From the NCBI GenBank assembly GCA_036558745.1, contig DATBEZ010000031.1:23454-87453 (forward strand): a stretch of 64,000 nucleotides of DNA. Reading direction: 5' to 3'. The DNA is from Acidimicrobiia bacterium. GTDB lineage: Bacteria > Actinomycetota > Acidimicrobiia > IMCC26256 > JAMXLJ01. The translations under genes and the position numbers were made by a program. Shown here in pieces: positions 9,661 to 19,369 of this stretch (positions are counted from its first letter, which is position 1; each line of letters opens with the position of its first letter). The notes under the pieces were generated by a model, which worked only from the letters and a program-made list of their open reading frames with translations, was not told where the DNA came from and searched no databases.

Positions 9661-11538
9661 TCAGTTGACCGAGCTCCCCCGGCGTCCGGAGCCGGCGACG
9701 GACTCCTCGGCGACCAGGTCGATGCTGACGCCCTCGGGGTCGAGGCCGACCGCGAGGGTCCGGAGCACCTCGAGCATCTCGTCAGCGGGCAGGTTCGCGT
9801 CGATGGCCCGCACGATCTCCGGCTCGAGCGGCGGGACGTCGGCGTGGTGGATGAGCGGGTGCGCGCCCGGCGCCGCGTGCTCGAACGGGTTGAACAGCTG
9901 CTCGTGCAGCTTCTCGCCCGGACGCAGACCGGTGAACTCGATCGGCACCTCCGGGGTGCGGGTCGCCGCGAGCTGGCGGGCGACGTCGGCGATGCGCACC
10001 GGCTTGCCCATGTCGAGCACGAGGACCTGGCCCGGCTCGCCGATGGCGCCGCCCTGGACCACGAGCTGGACCGCCTCCTCGACCGTCATGAAGTAGCGGG
10101 TGACGTCGGGATGCGTGACGGTGATCGGGCCGCCCGCCTCGAGCTGGTGCTTGAACGCCACCAGCACCGACCCCCGGCTGCCGAGCACGTTGCCGAAGCG
10201 CACGCTCAGGTAGGTGCCGGGCTCGCCGTGGGCGAAGTGGGCGGTGAGGCCCTCGGTGATGCGCTTCGAGTAGCCGAGCACGTTGCAGGGCTCGGCCGCC
10301 TTGTCGGTCGAGATGTTGACGAAGCGCTCGACGCCGACGTCGGCCGCGGCCTCGAGCACGTTGAGCGTGCCGATCACGTTCGTCTTGAGCGCCTCGGCCG
10401 GGTTGGCCTCGAGCAGCGGAAGATGCTTGAGCGCGGCCGCGTGGAACACGACGTCCGGGCGGATCTCGCGCATCACCTCCTTGAGGCGGGCACGGTCGCG
10501 CACGTTGACGAGCACGAGGTCGGGCGAGTCGAGCAGGGCCCGGCCCTCGAGCGAGAGCTGCACCGTGTGGAGCCCGCACTCGTCGTGATCGATCATGGCG
10601 AGCTTCGCGGGCCCGAGCTCCGCGATCTGGCGGCAGAGCTCGGAACCGATCGAGCCGCCCGCCCCGACCACGACCACCCGCTTGCCGTGCAGGTACTCCG
10701 ACACGGTCCGCAGGTCGGTCTCGATCTGGCGCCGGCCGAGCAGGTCGGTCTCGGTCGGGACGCGCAGGTCATTGACGCTGACCCGCCCGTCGAAGAGCTC
10801 CCGGACCGACGGGAGGACGCGAACGTCGAGACCGGCCTCGCGGCCGAGCTCGCTCAGGTCGCGCACGAGGGCACCGTCGGCGGCGGGGATCGCGATGACG
10901 AGCGCGGCGGCCGAGTACCGCTGGGCCGCCGTGGCCACTGCGCGCCGGTCGCCGACGACGGGGACCCCGCAGATCGACAGGTTGCGCTTCCGAGGATCGT
11001 CGTCGAGGAGGGCGACGGGCAGGAACGGGCTGTTGGCCTCGTAGAGCATCGCCCGCACGGTCCGCTCGCCGCCGTCGCCGGCGCCGAACACGAGGGCCCG
11101 GACGCGGTTCGCGGCCAGCGCCCGGCGGCGCCGGTCGAGGGCGCTGCGGCCGTTGTAGCGAATGCCCCCGAGGAGCACGAACGCGATCACGCCCGCCATG
11201 ACCACCGCGGTGAGCGGTGCGGGACGGTTGTCGGAGAACACCAGGTCGACGAGGAAGAGACCGGCCGTGACCAGGGCCGCGGTGCGGGCCAGCGCCGCGA
11301 CCTCGTCGAAGGAGCCCGGGCGCCAGCGCCCGCGGTAGAGGCCGAGCCAGGCGCCGATCCCCCACTGGAGGGCGCACGCGAGCGGGACGAGGAGCGCGAC
11401 CTCGAAGCCGTCGAGGCGGGAGAAGTTGAAGTCGAGCCGCAGGAGCGCACCGAAGTACAGGGCGAAGAGCCACATGGCGCCGTCCACGCCGGCCCGCCAG
11501 ACCAGGGCGGTGCGCGTACCCCGCGCCGGCCCGCTCAC
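9661..11538 (-). CDS. membrane-bound nucleotide-sugar 4,6-dehydratase (CapD/WbpM/PglF family polysaccharide biosynthesis protein)
   Basis: The C-terminal two-thirds of ORF 9661..12249 carries N-terminal TM helices, then GAGDGG and VVVVGAGGSIGSEL Rossmann motifs, FVNISTDKAAEPCNVLGYSKR and RFGNVLGSRGSV. I trimmed it because upstream codons overlap the GT2 gene in another frame. The start is GTG 11538 or ATG 11475, both with weak RBS. Confidence 0.85.
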   Translation of the reverse strand: MSGPARGTRTALVWRAGVDGAMWLFALYFGALLRLDFNFSRLDGFEVALLVPLACALQWGIGAWLGLYRGRWRPGSFDEVAALARTAALVTAGLFLVDLVFSDNRPAPLTAVVMAGVIAFVLLGGIRYNGRSALDRRRRALAANRVRALVFGAGDGGERTVRAMLYEANSPFLPVALLDDDPRKRNLSICGVPVVGDRRAVATAAQRYSAAALVIAIPAADGALVRDLSELGREAGLDVRVLPSVRELFDGRVSVNDLRVPTETDLLGRRQIETDLRTVSEYLHGKRVVVVGAGGSIGSELCRQIAELGPAKLAMIDHDECGLHTVQLSLEGRALLDSPDLVLVNVRDRARLKEVMREIRPDVVFHAAALKHLPLLEANPAEALKTNVIGTLNVLEAAADVGVERFVNISTDKAAEPCNVLGYSKRITEGLTAHFAHGEPGTYLSVRFGNVLGSRGSVLVAFKHQLEAGGPITVTHPDVTRYFMTVEEAVQLVVQGGAIGEPGQVLVLDMGKPVRIADVARQLAATRTPEVPIEFTGLRPGEKLHEQLFNPFEHAAPGAHPLIHHADVPPLEPEIVRAIDANLPADEMLEVLRTLAVGLDPEGVSIDLVAEESVAGSGRRGSSVN

Positions 11539-11755
11539 GGCGGTGGACGTCGACGAGCTACCTCGGCCCTCGTGCCCCAACTCGGCCCCCCCAACCCGGA
11601 CGCTGACCGAAGGAGTTTGGTGCGCGCTGCCACTCCTCGCAAGGGCGCGATACGCAATGCGTGCGCAACAACGTGTGAACTCCGGTTGCTTTGGCCCGGA
11701 ATTTCCCGTGATTCCCGCGGCCGAGTGCGCGAGCCGCGGTCGCGCGACCACAGGG

Positions 11756-12652
11756 CTACGAATGCGCCGCGGCGCCCTCGCGGCGCCGCCGACGGAGCGT
11801 TTCGCCGAGCACCGCGAGCCGGCCTTCGAGCGTCCCGAGCCTGCCGCCCGCGACGAAGAGCCAGCGCGGTCGCCGCTCGCGCGACCACAACGCACCGAGG
11901 TTGCGCACGAGCCACACGAGGCCGCGCAGCTCGCGCCCGGGCGGCACGTCGAAGCCGGCGCGTCGCACCATCGCGACCAACCTGGGCTGCACGCGCGCGT
12001 AGGCGCGCGCCTGCCGGTACACCGCGGCGACCGACGGGCGGTACCGGTAGTGCACGGCCGCGTCCTCGACGAAGGAGGGCGTGATGCCGACGCGCCACAA
12101 GCGGAACGCGAACTCGACGTCCTCTCCGGGGAGGTAGCGCTGGTCGAACGGCCCGACGCGCGCGACCACGTCGCGACGCACGCCGAGGTTGCAGCCGTGG
12201 GCAAAGAGGAACACACCGGCGAAGTCGCCCGCGCGGTGCTCGGGTGCACGCCCTCTCGACTCCGTGAGCCAGGGCGGGTTCAACCGATCCACCTCGAGCG
12301 GCCCGGTGACGTACTCGTGGCCGCGCAACGCGTCTCCCATCGCGCGGACCCAGCCCCTCGCCACGACGTCGTCGGCGTCGCAGAACGCGACCGACGGCCC
12401 GTGCGCCGCGCACAGGCCGACGTTGCGGGCGTGCGCGACACCGCGTTGATCGGAGCCGTCGACCAGACGCACGCGAGCGTCGCGACTGTGGTAGCGCTCG
12501 ACGACGTCGCGCGTCCCGTCGGTCGAGCCGTTGTCGACGACGATCACCTCGAACGGTCGGTCCCATTCCTCGGCGAGCAGCGCGTCGAGCTGCTCCGCGA
12601 TCGTCGCCTCGGCGTCGAGGGCCGGGACGACGACACTGAGCTCGGGCGTCAA
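11756..12652 (-). CDS. glycosyltransferase family 2 (GT-A)
   Basis: 298 aa with LSVVVPALDAE...VIVVDNGSTDGT...FCDADDV (DxD). The TTG start overlaps the DegT stop by 4 nt (TTGA). It is a paralogue of 21757..22614. Confidence 0.85.
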   Translation of the reverse strand: MTPELSVVVPALDAEATIAEQLDALLAEEWDRPFEVIVVDNGSTDGTRDVVERYHSRDARVRLVDGSDQRGVAHARNVGLCAAHGPSVAFCDADDVVARGWVRAMGDALRGHEYVTGPLEVDRLNPPWLTESRGRAPEHRAGDFAGVFLFAHGCNLGVRRDVVARVGPFDQRYLPGEDVEFAFRLWRVGITPSFVEDAAVHYRYRPSVAAVYRQARAYARVQPRLVAMVRRAGFDVPPGRELRGLVWLVRNLGALWSRERRPRWLFVAGGRLGTLEGRLAVLGETLRRRRREGAAAHS

Positions 12653-13818
12653 CCCACACCCGCGGCCGCGACCGCGGAGCCCTGCTCGTGCACGTCGGCG
12701 AGCACGGACGCGATCCGGTCCACGTCGTGGAGGCGCAGGTCACGGTACAGAGGCAGGCTGACGACCCGGGCCGCGACCTCGTCGGTGACGGGGAGCGCCC
12801 GGGTGACGTCGCCGGCGTGCGAGCGCTGACGGTGCACCGGCGGATCGAAGTAGCAGCGCGTGTCGACACCCTCGGCTCGCAGCGCGGTGACCAGCCCGTC
12901 GCGTGACACGCCGAAGGCGTCGGGGTCGAGCGCGATCGTGAAGTCCTTCCACGTCGGGCGGTCGGATGCAGGAACGCGTTGCACCGCGATGCCCGGCACC
13001 GACGCCAGTGCCGACGCGTAGCGCGCCGCGAGCGCGTGGCGCGTCTCGAGATGCTCGTCGAGGTCGTCGAGCGACTCGAGCGCGACCGCGGCGTGCAGCT
13101 CCGACATGCGCGCGTTCAACCCGACGAAGCGCGTGTCGTAGTCGCCCGGGTTGCCGTAGTCGCGGCCGATGCGCACCGTGTGGGCGACGTCGTCCCGGTT
13201 CGTCGCGACGAGACCACCTTCACCCGCGACGACGGGCTTGGTCGGGCTGAGGCTGAACACCTCGGCGTCGCCGAACCCGCCGACCGGTCGGTCGGCGTGC
13301 AGCGCGCCGAGCGCGGCCGCGCCGTCGAACACGATCGGGACCCCGGCGCGACGCGCGAGCTCCTCGACCTCCGGCGGCCGGCACGGCGCGCCGAAGAGAT
13401 GCACGGCCATGAGCCCGCCCGCGCCGTCGAGGTTCGCGGCCGCGTCGTCGAGGTCGACCTGGAACGTGTCGCGGTCGCACTCGACGAAGCGCGGGGCAAC
13501 GCCGTTCCACGAGATCGCGTGCGCCGACGCGGAGAACGTGAAGCTCGGCACCACGACAGGACCCGCGGGAGCGACGGCGCGCAGGGCGAGCATCAGGCCC
13601 GACGTGCAGCACGACACCGCGACGACGTGCCGGCAGCCGAACCGCTCGGCCGCGGTCTCCTCGAGCTCGCGAACGAGCGGACCGTTCGTGAGCATGCCGC
13701 GCTCATACGACGGCGCCAGGCGCGCGACGACCCGCTCCATCGGCGGCACCGGCGGGCGGGCGAACGCGACACCGTCGGGGAACGCCGGGGCGCCGCCCAG
13801 AACCGCGAGCGTCGTCAC
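12649..13818 (-). CDS. DegT/DnrJ/EryC1/StrS-family PLP-dependent sugar aminotransferase
   Basis: The distal 390 codons of ORF 12649..14403 read FGCRHVVAVSCCTSGLMLAL...FSLSPTKPVVAGEGGLV (PLP lysine context)...GLNARMSELHAAVAL. GTG 13818 overlaps the upstream stop (GTGA). Confidence 0.9.
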   Translation of the reverse strand: MTTLAVLGGAPAFPDGVAFARPPVPPMERVVARLAPSYERGMLTNGPLVRELEETAAERFGCRHVVAVSCCTSGLMLALRAVAPAGPVVVPSFTFSASAHAISWNGVAPRFVECDRDTFQVDLDDAAANLDGAGGLMAVHLFGAPCRPPEVEELARRAGVPIVFDGAAALGALHADRPVGGFGDAEVFSLSPTKPVVAGEGGLVATNRDDVAHTVRIGRDYGNPGDYDTRFVGLNARMSELHAAVALESLDDLDEHLETRHALAARYASALASVPGIAVQRVPASDRPTWKDFTIALDPDAFGVSRDGLVTALRAEGVDTRCYFDPPVHRQRSHAGDVTRALPVTDEVAARVVSLPLYRDLRLHDVDRIASVLADVHEQGSAVAAAGVG

Positions 13819-15518
13819 TTCTCGATCCGCACGTTGCCGAGGTACAAGACGTCCAGCCCGCACGAGAAGAATGTCCGGATCGCGTCCTGTGGGGTGCACA
13901 CGATCGGCTCGCCGTTCAGGTTGAAGCTCGTGTTCAGCACGATGGGCACCCCGGTCTTGTCGTGGAACGAGCGGATGAGCGCGTGGAAGCGCGGGCTGGT
14001 CGTCTCGTCGACCGACTGGAGCCGCCCGCTGCCGTCGGCGTGGACCACCGCGGGCACCTCGGCCGCGCGCTCCGGACGGAACCGGTGCACCTGCTCCATG
14101 AAGGGCACGTGGGTGCCGGGCGGGCACTCGAACCACTCCTCGACGTCGCCGGCGAGGATGGCGGGCGCGAAGGGGCGGAAGCTCTCGCGGTACTTCACCG
14201 CCGCGTTCACGAGGTCCTTCGCGTCCGCCGAACGCGGGTCGGCGAGGATCGAGCGGTTCCCCAGCGCGCGCTGGCCGAACTCCATCCGGCCCTGGAACCA
14301 CCCGACGAGGCGGCCCGCGACGAGGTCGGACGCGGCCGCCTCCGACGGGTCGTCGACGACGGTGGCGTTCGGCGCCTTGACCGCGTCGACCACCCGGCGG
14401 CACTCGTCGTCACCGAACGAGGGACCCCAGTAGTTGTGCGCGGGCGGGACGGGTGGCCGCTCGCCCGTGCGCTCCGCGTGCAGCCACAGCGCGGCCCCGA
14501 CCGACGTGCCGGAGTCGTCGGGACAGCTGGTCACGAAGCACTCGTCGAACGGCGTGAGCTCGGTGAGGCGGCCGTTGAAGACGCTGTTCATGGCGCACCC
14601 GCCCGAGAGCACGACCCGGTCGAGCCCGGTGCGGTCGTGCAGCACCGTGAGCACCGACGTCATCGTCTCCACGAACACCTGCTGCAGCGCGGCCGCGATC
14701 CGCTCGTGACGAGGCGTGATCTCGTCGTCGCGGGCACGCGGCGGACCGAACGTCGCGACGAAGCGGTCCGAGTACATCTTCGGGTGCCAGTGGTTGAAGA
14801 ACTCGAACGACTCGAGGGCGAGGGTCAGGCCGCCGGTGCCGTCGACACGGATCAGGTCGCGCATCGGCTCGAGGAACTCGTTGTCGGCGTCCGCGTACGA
14901 CGCGAGCGCCATCACCTTCCACTCGTCGGAGTCGGCCGTGAACCCGAGGAACTGGGTCACCGTGCCGTAGAGCTGGCCGAGCGAGTGCGGGTAGTCGGTC
15001 TCGTGCAGCACGTCGAGCGTCGTGCCCCGCACGCGGCCGAGCAGCTCGGTCTGGCGCTCGGCCCGCCCGTCGAGGATCGCGACCGCGCACTCGTCGTAGG
15101 GCGACAGGTACACGGCGTTGCCCACGTGCGACAGGTAGTGCTGCACGTAGGTGATCGGCGGCGCGTCGGGCCACAGATCCTGGAACGTCGCGGTCGGACC
15201 CGCGTGCTCGTGCGCGAGACCGAGGAGGCGCGCCGGCACCTGCTGGAGGTGCTCGGTGCGCCACCGCCGCGCGTTCAGGTAGCCCGACGGCGTGGTCTCG
15301 AGGTCGATCACCGGGTTCCACGCCACCGCGATCTCGTCGAGGTCGGCCATCGTGAGCCCCGCCTGGTCGAGACAGGCCTGGACCGCGCGCGCCGGGAAGA
15401 CGTTGCTCATCTTCTTGCGGTCGAGCCGCTCCTCCGGGATCGCGACGACCACCTCGCCGTCGACGACGACGCACGCGGAGCAGATGAAGACGTCGTGGCA
15501 GATCCCCAGGATCTTCAT
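13815..15518 (-). CDS. NodU/CmcH-family carbamoyltransferase
   Basis: 567 aa from ATG 15518: MKILGICHDVFICSACVVVDGEVVVAIPEERLDRKK...LSGGCAMNSVFNG...FRPFAPAILA...PIVLNTSFNLNGEPIV. These are characteristic carbamoyltransferase N- and C-domain motifs. Confidence 0.9.
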   Translation of the reverse strand: MKILGICHDVFICSACVVVDGEVVVAIPEERLDRKKMSNVFPARAVQACLDQAGLTMADLDEIAVAWNPVIDLETTPSGYLNARRWRTEHLQQVPARLLGLAHEHAGPTATFQDLWPDAPPITYVQHYLSHVGNAVYLSPYDECAVAILDGRAERQTELLGRVRGTTLDVLHETDYPHSLGQLYGTVTQFLGFTADSDEWKVMALASYADADNEFLEPMRDLIRVDGTGGLTLALESFEFFNHWHPKMYSDRFVATFGPPRARDDEITPRHERIAAALQQVFVETMTSVLTVLHDRTGLDRVVLSGGCAMNSVFNGRLTELTPFDECFVTSCPDDSGTSVGAALWLHAERTGERPPVPPAHNYWGPSFGDDECRRVVDAVKAPNATVVDDPSEAAASDLVAGRLVGWFQGRMEFGQRALGNRSILADPRSADAKDLVNAAVKYRESFRPFAPAILAGDVEEWFECPPGTHVPFMEQVHRFRPERAAEVPAVVHADGSGRLQSVDETTSPRFHALIRSFHDKTGVPIVLNTSFNLNGEPIVCTPQDAIRTFFSCGLDVLYLGNVRIEK

Positions 15519-16207
15519 GTCTGGGTCGCTCCCGCTCCCGCTCCGGGGGGCTGCGCCCGGCGGAGCTCCGCTTCGCTCCCCGTCATGGCAAGTTCGCCTT
15601 CCTCTTCTCCGTAATTCGGCATCGTTGCATGCCCCGGTTGCGCGATGCCCCGGCGCGTCACGAGTGCCGGGATCGTGCGGGCCAGGATGGCAAGGTCGAG
15701 CGCGAGCGAGCGGTGGTCCACGTACCAGACGTCGAGCGCGAACTTCTCCTCCCACGACAGGGAGTTGCGCCCGCTGATCTGGACCAGGCCGGTGATGCCG
15801 GGGCGCACCTCGTGGCGGCGGCCCTGCTCGGGCGTGTAACGCTCGAGGTACTCCATCAGCAGCGGGCGCGGTCCGACGAGGCTCATCTCGCCGCGCAGCA
15901 CGTTCACGAGCTCGGGCAGCTCGTCGATGCTCGACGAACGCAGGAACCGTCCGAACCCGGTGAGGCGCTCGTGATCGGGACGCAGCCGGCCGTCGGCAGC
16001 GCGGGCGTCGGTCATGGTGCGGAACTTGAGGAGCGTGAAGGGCACGCCGTCGCGGCCCGGGCGCCGGTGGCGGAAGATGACCGGCCTGCCGAGCAGGAAG
16101 CGCACGAGCACCGCGGTCACCGCGGTCACGGGCGCGGTCACTACCAGCCCGACCGACGCGACCACCACGTCCATGCCGCGCTTCACGCGCTCCTCGGTTC
16201 GCGTCAT
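15515..16207 (-). CDS. small monotopic phosphoglycosyl transferase (bacterial sugar transferase, PglC/WbaP-C-like), initiating enzyme
   Basis: 230 aa with KRGMDVVVASVGLVVTAPV (re-entrant helix)...RPGRDGVPFTLLKFRTM...DELPELVNVLRGEMSLVGPRP. It shares ATGA overlaps with both neighbours. Confidence 0.9.
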   Translation of the reverse strand: MTRTEERVKRGMDVVVASVGLVVTAPVTAVTAVLVRFLLGRPVIFRHRRPGRDGVPFTLLKFRTMTDARAADGRLRPDHERLTGFGRFLRSSSIDELPELVNVLRGEMSLVGPRPLLMEYLERYTPEQGRRHEVRPGITGLVQISGRNSLSWEEKFALDVWYVDHRSLALDLAILARTIPALVTRRGIAQPGHATMPNYGEEEGELAMTGSEAELRRAQPPGAGAGATQT

Positions 16208-17379
16208 GCGACCCTCGCCATGGGCTGCCCCGCGTGCAGCAGGCGGTCGTAGACGCCGAGGGTGAGCTCGATGACGTGGCGCTGGTCGAACTCGCGCCGT
16301 GCCTTCTCGCGCGCCGCCGCGCCCATGCGGCGGCGTGTCTCGGGTTCGCGCGCGAGCGCGGCGATCGCGCCGGCCAGCGCGCCCGCGTCACGAACAGGGA
16401 CGAGCGTTCCCGTCACACCGTCGTCGACGACCTGGCGGCAGCCGCGCACGTCGGTCGCGACGACGGGGACGCCCATGGCGGCGGCCTCCATCGCGGCACG
16501 CGGAAAGCCTTCGCGGTACGTCGCCAAGGCGAAGACGTCCATCGCGCTGTAGAGCGCTTCGACGTCGTCGCGCAGGCCGAGGAACGTCACACCGCCGTCG
16601 CGCTCGGCCGCGGCGATGTCGGCAGCGGTGACGGCGTCGGCCTTGCCGTCGTCGCCGGGCCCGATGACGACGACCCGGACCGATGGTGCGAGCGTGCGCA
16701 GGCGGGCCGCGGCGTCGAACACCTCGCGGTACCCCTTCTGCCACACGAGCCGGCCGACGACCCCGCACACGATCTCGTCGTCGCGCACGCCGAGCGCGGC
16801 CCGCGTTCCGGCCCGGTCGCGGCCCGCGCGCTCGGGGTCGAAGCGGGCGAGATCGATGCCGTTGCCCAGCAGGTGCAGCTTGCGCCCGGGGATCCGGAGC
16901 CGGCGCAGGACCTCGAGGTCCTCGGGGTTCTGGACGAGCTCGGCGTCCGAGCACGTCGCCGCGATGCGCTCGAGCGTGTAGACCGCGGCCCGCTTGGCCA
17001 GGCGGTCCTCGGGGAGCGCGTACAGGCCGTGGCACGTGTGCACGACCGCGGGCACACGCGCCGCGCGCGCCCCGATTCGCCCGTAGACCCCGGGCTTGGG
17101 GTTGTGGGTGTGCACGATGTCGGGTCGCAGCTCGCGAAAGAGCGAGTAGAGCTCGCGCAGCGCGAGGACATCACGCTGGGGCGCGACCGCGCGCGTCGCG
17201 TGGGCCAGCGCGCGGTGCGGGATGTCCCACCCGTCCAGCTGCTCGACCCACCGTCCGGGCGCAGACGCGGTGACGACGTCATAGCCCGCGGCGCGGAACG
17301 CGCGCAGCTGCGGACCGAGCAGGGTCACCAGGCTGATGTCGGTCGTGGTGACGTGGAGCAGGCGGGGACGGCGCGTCAC
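16204..17379 (-). CDS. glycosyltransferase family 4 (GT-B)
   Basis: 391 aa from GTG 17379 (GTGA overlap with the upstream stop): LLHVTTTDISL...HTHNPKPGVYGR...ATYREGFPRAAMEAAAMGVPVVATDVRGCRQVV (E-x7-E type motif). Confidence 0.85.
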   Translation of the reverse strand: MTRRPRLLHVTTTDISLVTLLGPQLRAFRAAGYDVVTASAPGRWVEQLDGWDIPHRALAHATRAVAPQRDVLALRELYSLFRELRPDIVHTHNPKPGVYGRIGARAARVPAVVHTCHGLYALPEDRLAKRAAVYTLERIAATCSDAELVQNPEDLEVLRRLRIPGRKLHLLGNGIDLARFDPERAGRDRAGTRAALGVRDDEIVCGVVGRLVWQKGYREVFDAAARLRTLAPSVRVVVIGPGDDGKADAVTAADIAAAERDGGVTFLGLRDDVEALYSAMDVFALATYREGFPRAAMEAAAMGVPVVATDVRGCRQVVDDGVTGTLVPVRDAGALAGAIAALAREPETRRRMGAAAREKARREFDQRHVIELTLGVYDRLLHAGQPMARVA

Positions 17380-18203
17380 GTCGTCGCCTTCGCGTAGCGC
17401 AACCGGTTGAGGGCGCGCCGCACGTCGTCCTCGAGCCGGAGACCACCGCGCGTCTTGGCGTCGAACCAGCGCATCCCGTCGGCGACCTGGATCGGCGAGC
17501 GGGCCAGCCGGTACCGGTCGGTCCGGCCGTACGGATTCGCGCGGGTGCCCGCGAGCGCGGCCGAGCGGAACCGCGACCGCACCGCGCGCTCGGCGTCCGG
17601 CGACCCGGCCACCGCCTTCGGGTACGCGAAGTGCGACGCGTCGACGCCGAGGCGTTCGCCGATCAGGCCGACCGAACGGTCGAGCTCGTCGGCGACGACC
17701 GGCACCGGCGCGCGGTCGAGCAGGCGGTGGGTATGGGTGTGCGAGCCGACGGTGACGAGCCCCGTGCTCAGCGCGTCCTTCAACGCCGCCCACGTCAGCG
17801 GGCGCGCGTCGTGCGACATGGGGCGCCGCTCCTCCACGAACGCGGTCGCGAGGTAGAGCGTGGCCGGCACCCGGTGGCGCTCGAGCACGGGGACCGCGTG
17901 GTCGGCAAAGTCGGCGGTCCCGTCGTCGAAGGTGACGACGACGGGATCGTGCGGCGGTGGCACCGGGAGCGCGAGCAGGGCGAGCGCGGCGTCGAGGGTC
18001 ACGACGCCCGGGCCGGCCGCGAGCGCGGCCATCTGGGCGTCGAAGGTGTCGCGGGCGAGGTCGAGCTGGCGACGGCTGCCGCCATCGACCCGGTGGTAGC
18101 AGAGGACCACCACGCCCCGGTCGGGGCGGCGGACGCGATCGGTCGCCTCGGCCGAGACCTTCACCACACGGAGCGCGAAGGCCTTGACGCCCTGTGTTCT
18201 CAC
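17376..18203 (-). CDS. polysaccharide deacetylase (CE4/NodB-type)
   Basis: VVLCYHRV...VVVTFDDGTADF...VPATLYLATAF...SHTHTH are NodB-homology motifs. I chose GTG 18203 as the start because GAGGAG lies 8 nt upstream. ATG 18323 is an in-frame alternative. Confidence 0.8.
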   Translation of the reverse strand: MRTQGVKAFALRVVKVSAEATDRVRRPDRGVVVLCYHRVDGGSRRQLDLARDTFDAQMAALAAGPGVVTLDAALALLALPVPPPHDPVVVTFDDGTADFADHAVPVLERHRVPATLYLATAFVEERRPMSHDARPLTWAALKDALSTGLVTVGSHTHTHRLLDRAPVPVVADELDRSVGLIGERLGVDASHFAYPKAVAGSPDAERAVRSRFRSAALAGTRANPYGRTDRYRLARSPIQVADGMRWFDAKTRGGLRLEDDVRRALNRLRYAKATT

Positions 18204-18364
18204 CGGCTGCGCTCCTCGGGGCACGGTCCGGGCAGCGTAGACGCTGCTCCTGCGACGGGGCAGGGCGACGCGCGAGGGAATTCGCCCCTCCGCCACCGCC
18301 GGTTGGGACGCTGATCGGCTCATACGCCCGATGAGCGCCCCAACTCGGGGAGACGAGCGCCCCC

Positions 18365-19369
18365 TCAGAAGAGCTCGATGTCGCCCAGGCTCACGTCCCA
18401 GTCCGAGCGCGGCGGCATCGGGCGCTCGCACACGTCGCGCCAGGTGAAGATCGGTCCCTGGCCGGGCAGGCGCACGAAGCCGCCGCTCGCGACCGCCTCC
18501 CGGCCGACCCGGATCACGTAGTCGGCGTCGACCGCGTGGACGAGGCGGCGCACCAACGCCCTCTCCGCGCGCGGGTCGCCACCGGACGAGAGCACGTCGG
18601 CCAGCACCGCCTCACGCGCGGCGCCGCGCCCGCGCACGCGGAACAGCACCAGCCCGTGCTCCGGTCCGCCGGGCGCGGACAGCGCCCGGTACGCCACGAG
18701 GTCCGTGCCGTAGCGCCACGCGAGGAACTCCGGCGTGCGGGCGGTGCGCAGGCCCGAGGCCGGCGGTTGCGACGCGAGCAGCGCGCGGACCTCGTCGTGG
18801 CGCGCGAGCACGTCGGCCGCCGGCTCGCCGACGGTCGACGGCTCCGACCACCGGCTCGCCGCGACACGCGCGCGCGCGATCCGCACGAGACCCGCGGGCG
18901 ACCGCGGCCGCACCGTGACGGGGATGCGCCCGACGACCTGCCAGCCCATCTTGAGGTAGCCCGGCCGGCTCTTGTCGTTCGGCGTGTTGAACACGAAGCC
19001 GACACCTTCGGCGCGCAATGCGTCGAGCGCGTGCATCGTGAGCTTTGTGAAGATGCCGCGACCCTGGTAGTCGGGGTGGGTCGCGGTGTCGACCGCGCGC
19101 ACCGCCGAGACGGGCGTGCCGTCGCGCTCGAACCGCCACCGCATGAGGACGCGGAAGCCCGCGAGCCGTTCACCGTCGACCGCGACCCACATCGGCGACG
19201 GCCCGAACGCGTTGTCCTCGTGCTTCCACGCGAACAGGCGCTCGAAGCGCGGGTCGTCGGCCTCGCGACCGAGCGAGACCGCGAGCAGGGCGATGATCGC
19301 GTCGCGGTCGCCCGCGACCGCGGGACGGATCAGGAGGTCGGGCGCGCCCGAGCCCGCGCTCGCGGTCAC
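18365..19369 (-). CDS. GNAT-family N-acetyltransferase with C-terminal extension
   Basis: 334 aa from GTG 19369 (GTGA overlap): LLIRPAVAGDRDAIIALL...VDTATHPDYQGRGIFTKLTMHAL (acetyl-CoA Q/RxxGxG/A motif). The long ORF 18365..20527 reads through the upstream GT4 gene in another frame and is not real. Confidence 0.75.
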   Translation of the reverse strand: MTASAGSGAPDLLIRPAVAGDRDAIIALLAVSLGREADDPRFERLFAWKHEDNAFGPSPMWVAVDGERLAGFRVLMRWRFERDGTPVSAVRAVDTATHPDYQGRGIFTKLTMHALDALRAEGVGFVFNTPNDKSRPGYLKMGWQVVGRIPVTVRPRSPAGLVRIARARVAASRWSEPSTVGEPAADVLARHDEVRALLASQPPASGLRTARTPEFLAWRYGTDLVAYRALSAPGGPEHGLVLFRVRGRGAAREAVLADVLSSGGDPRAERALVRRLVHAVDADYVIRVGREAVASGGFVRLPGQGPIFTWRDVCERPMPPRSDWDVSLGDIELF

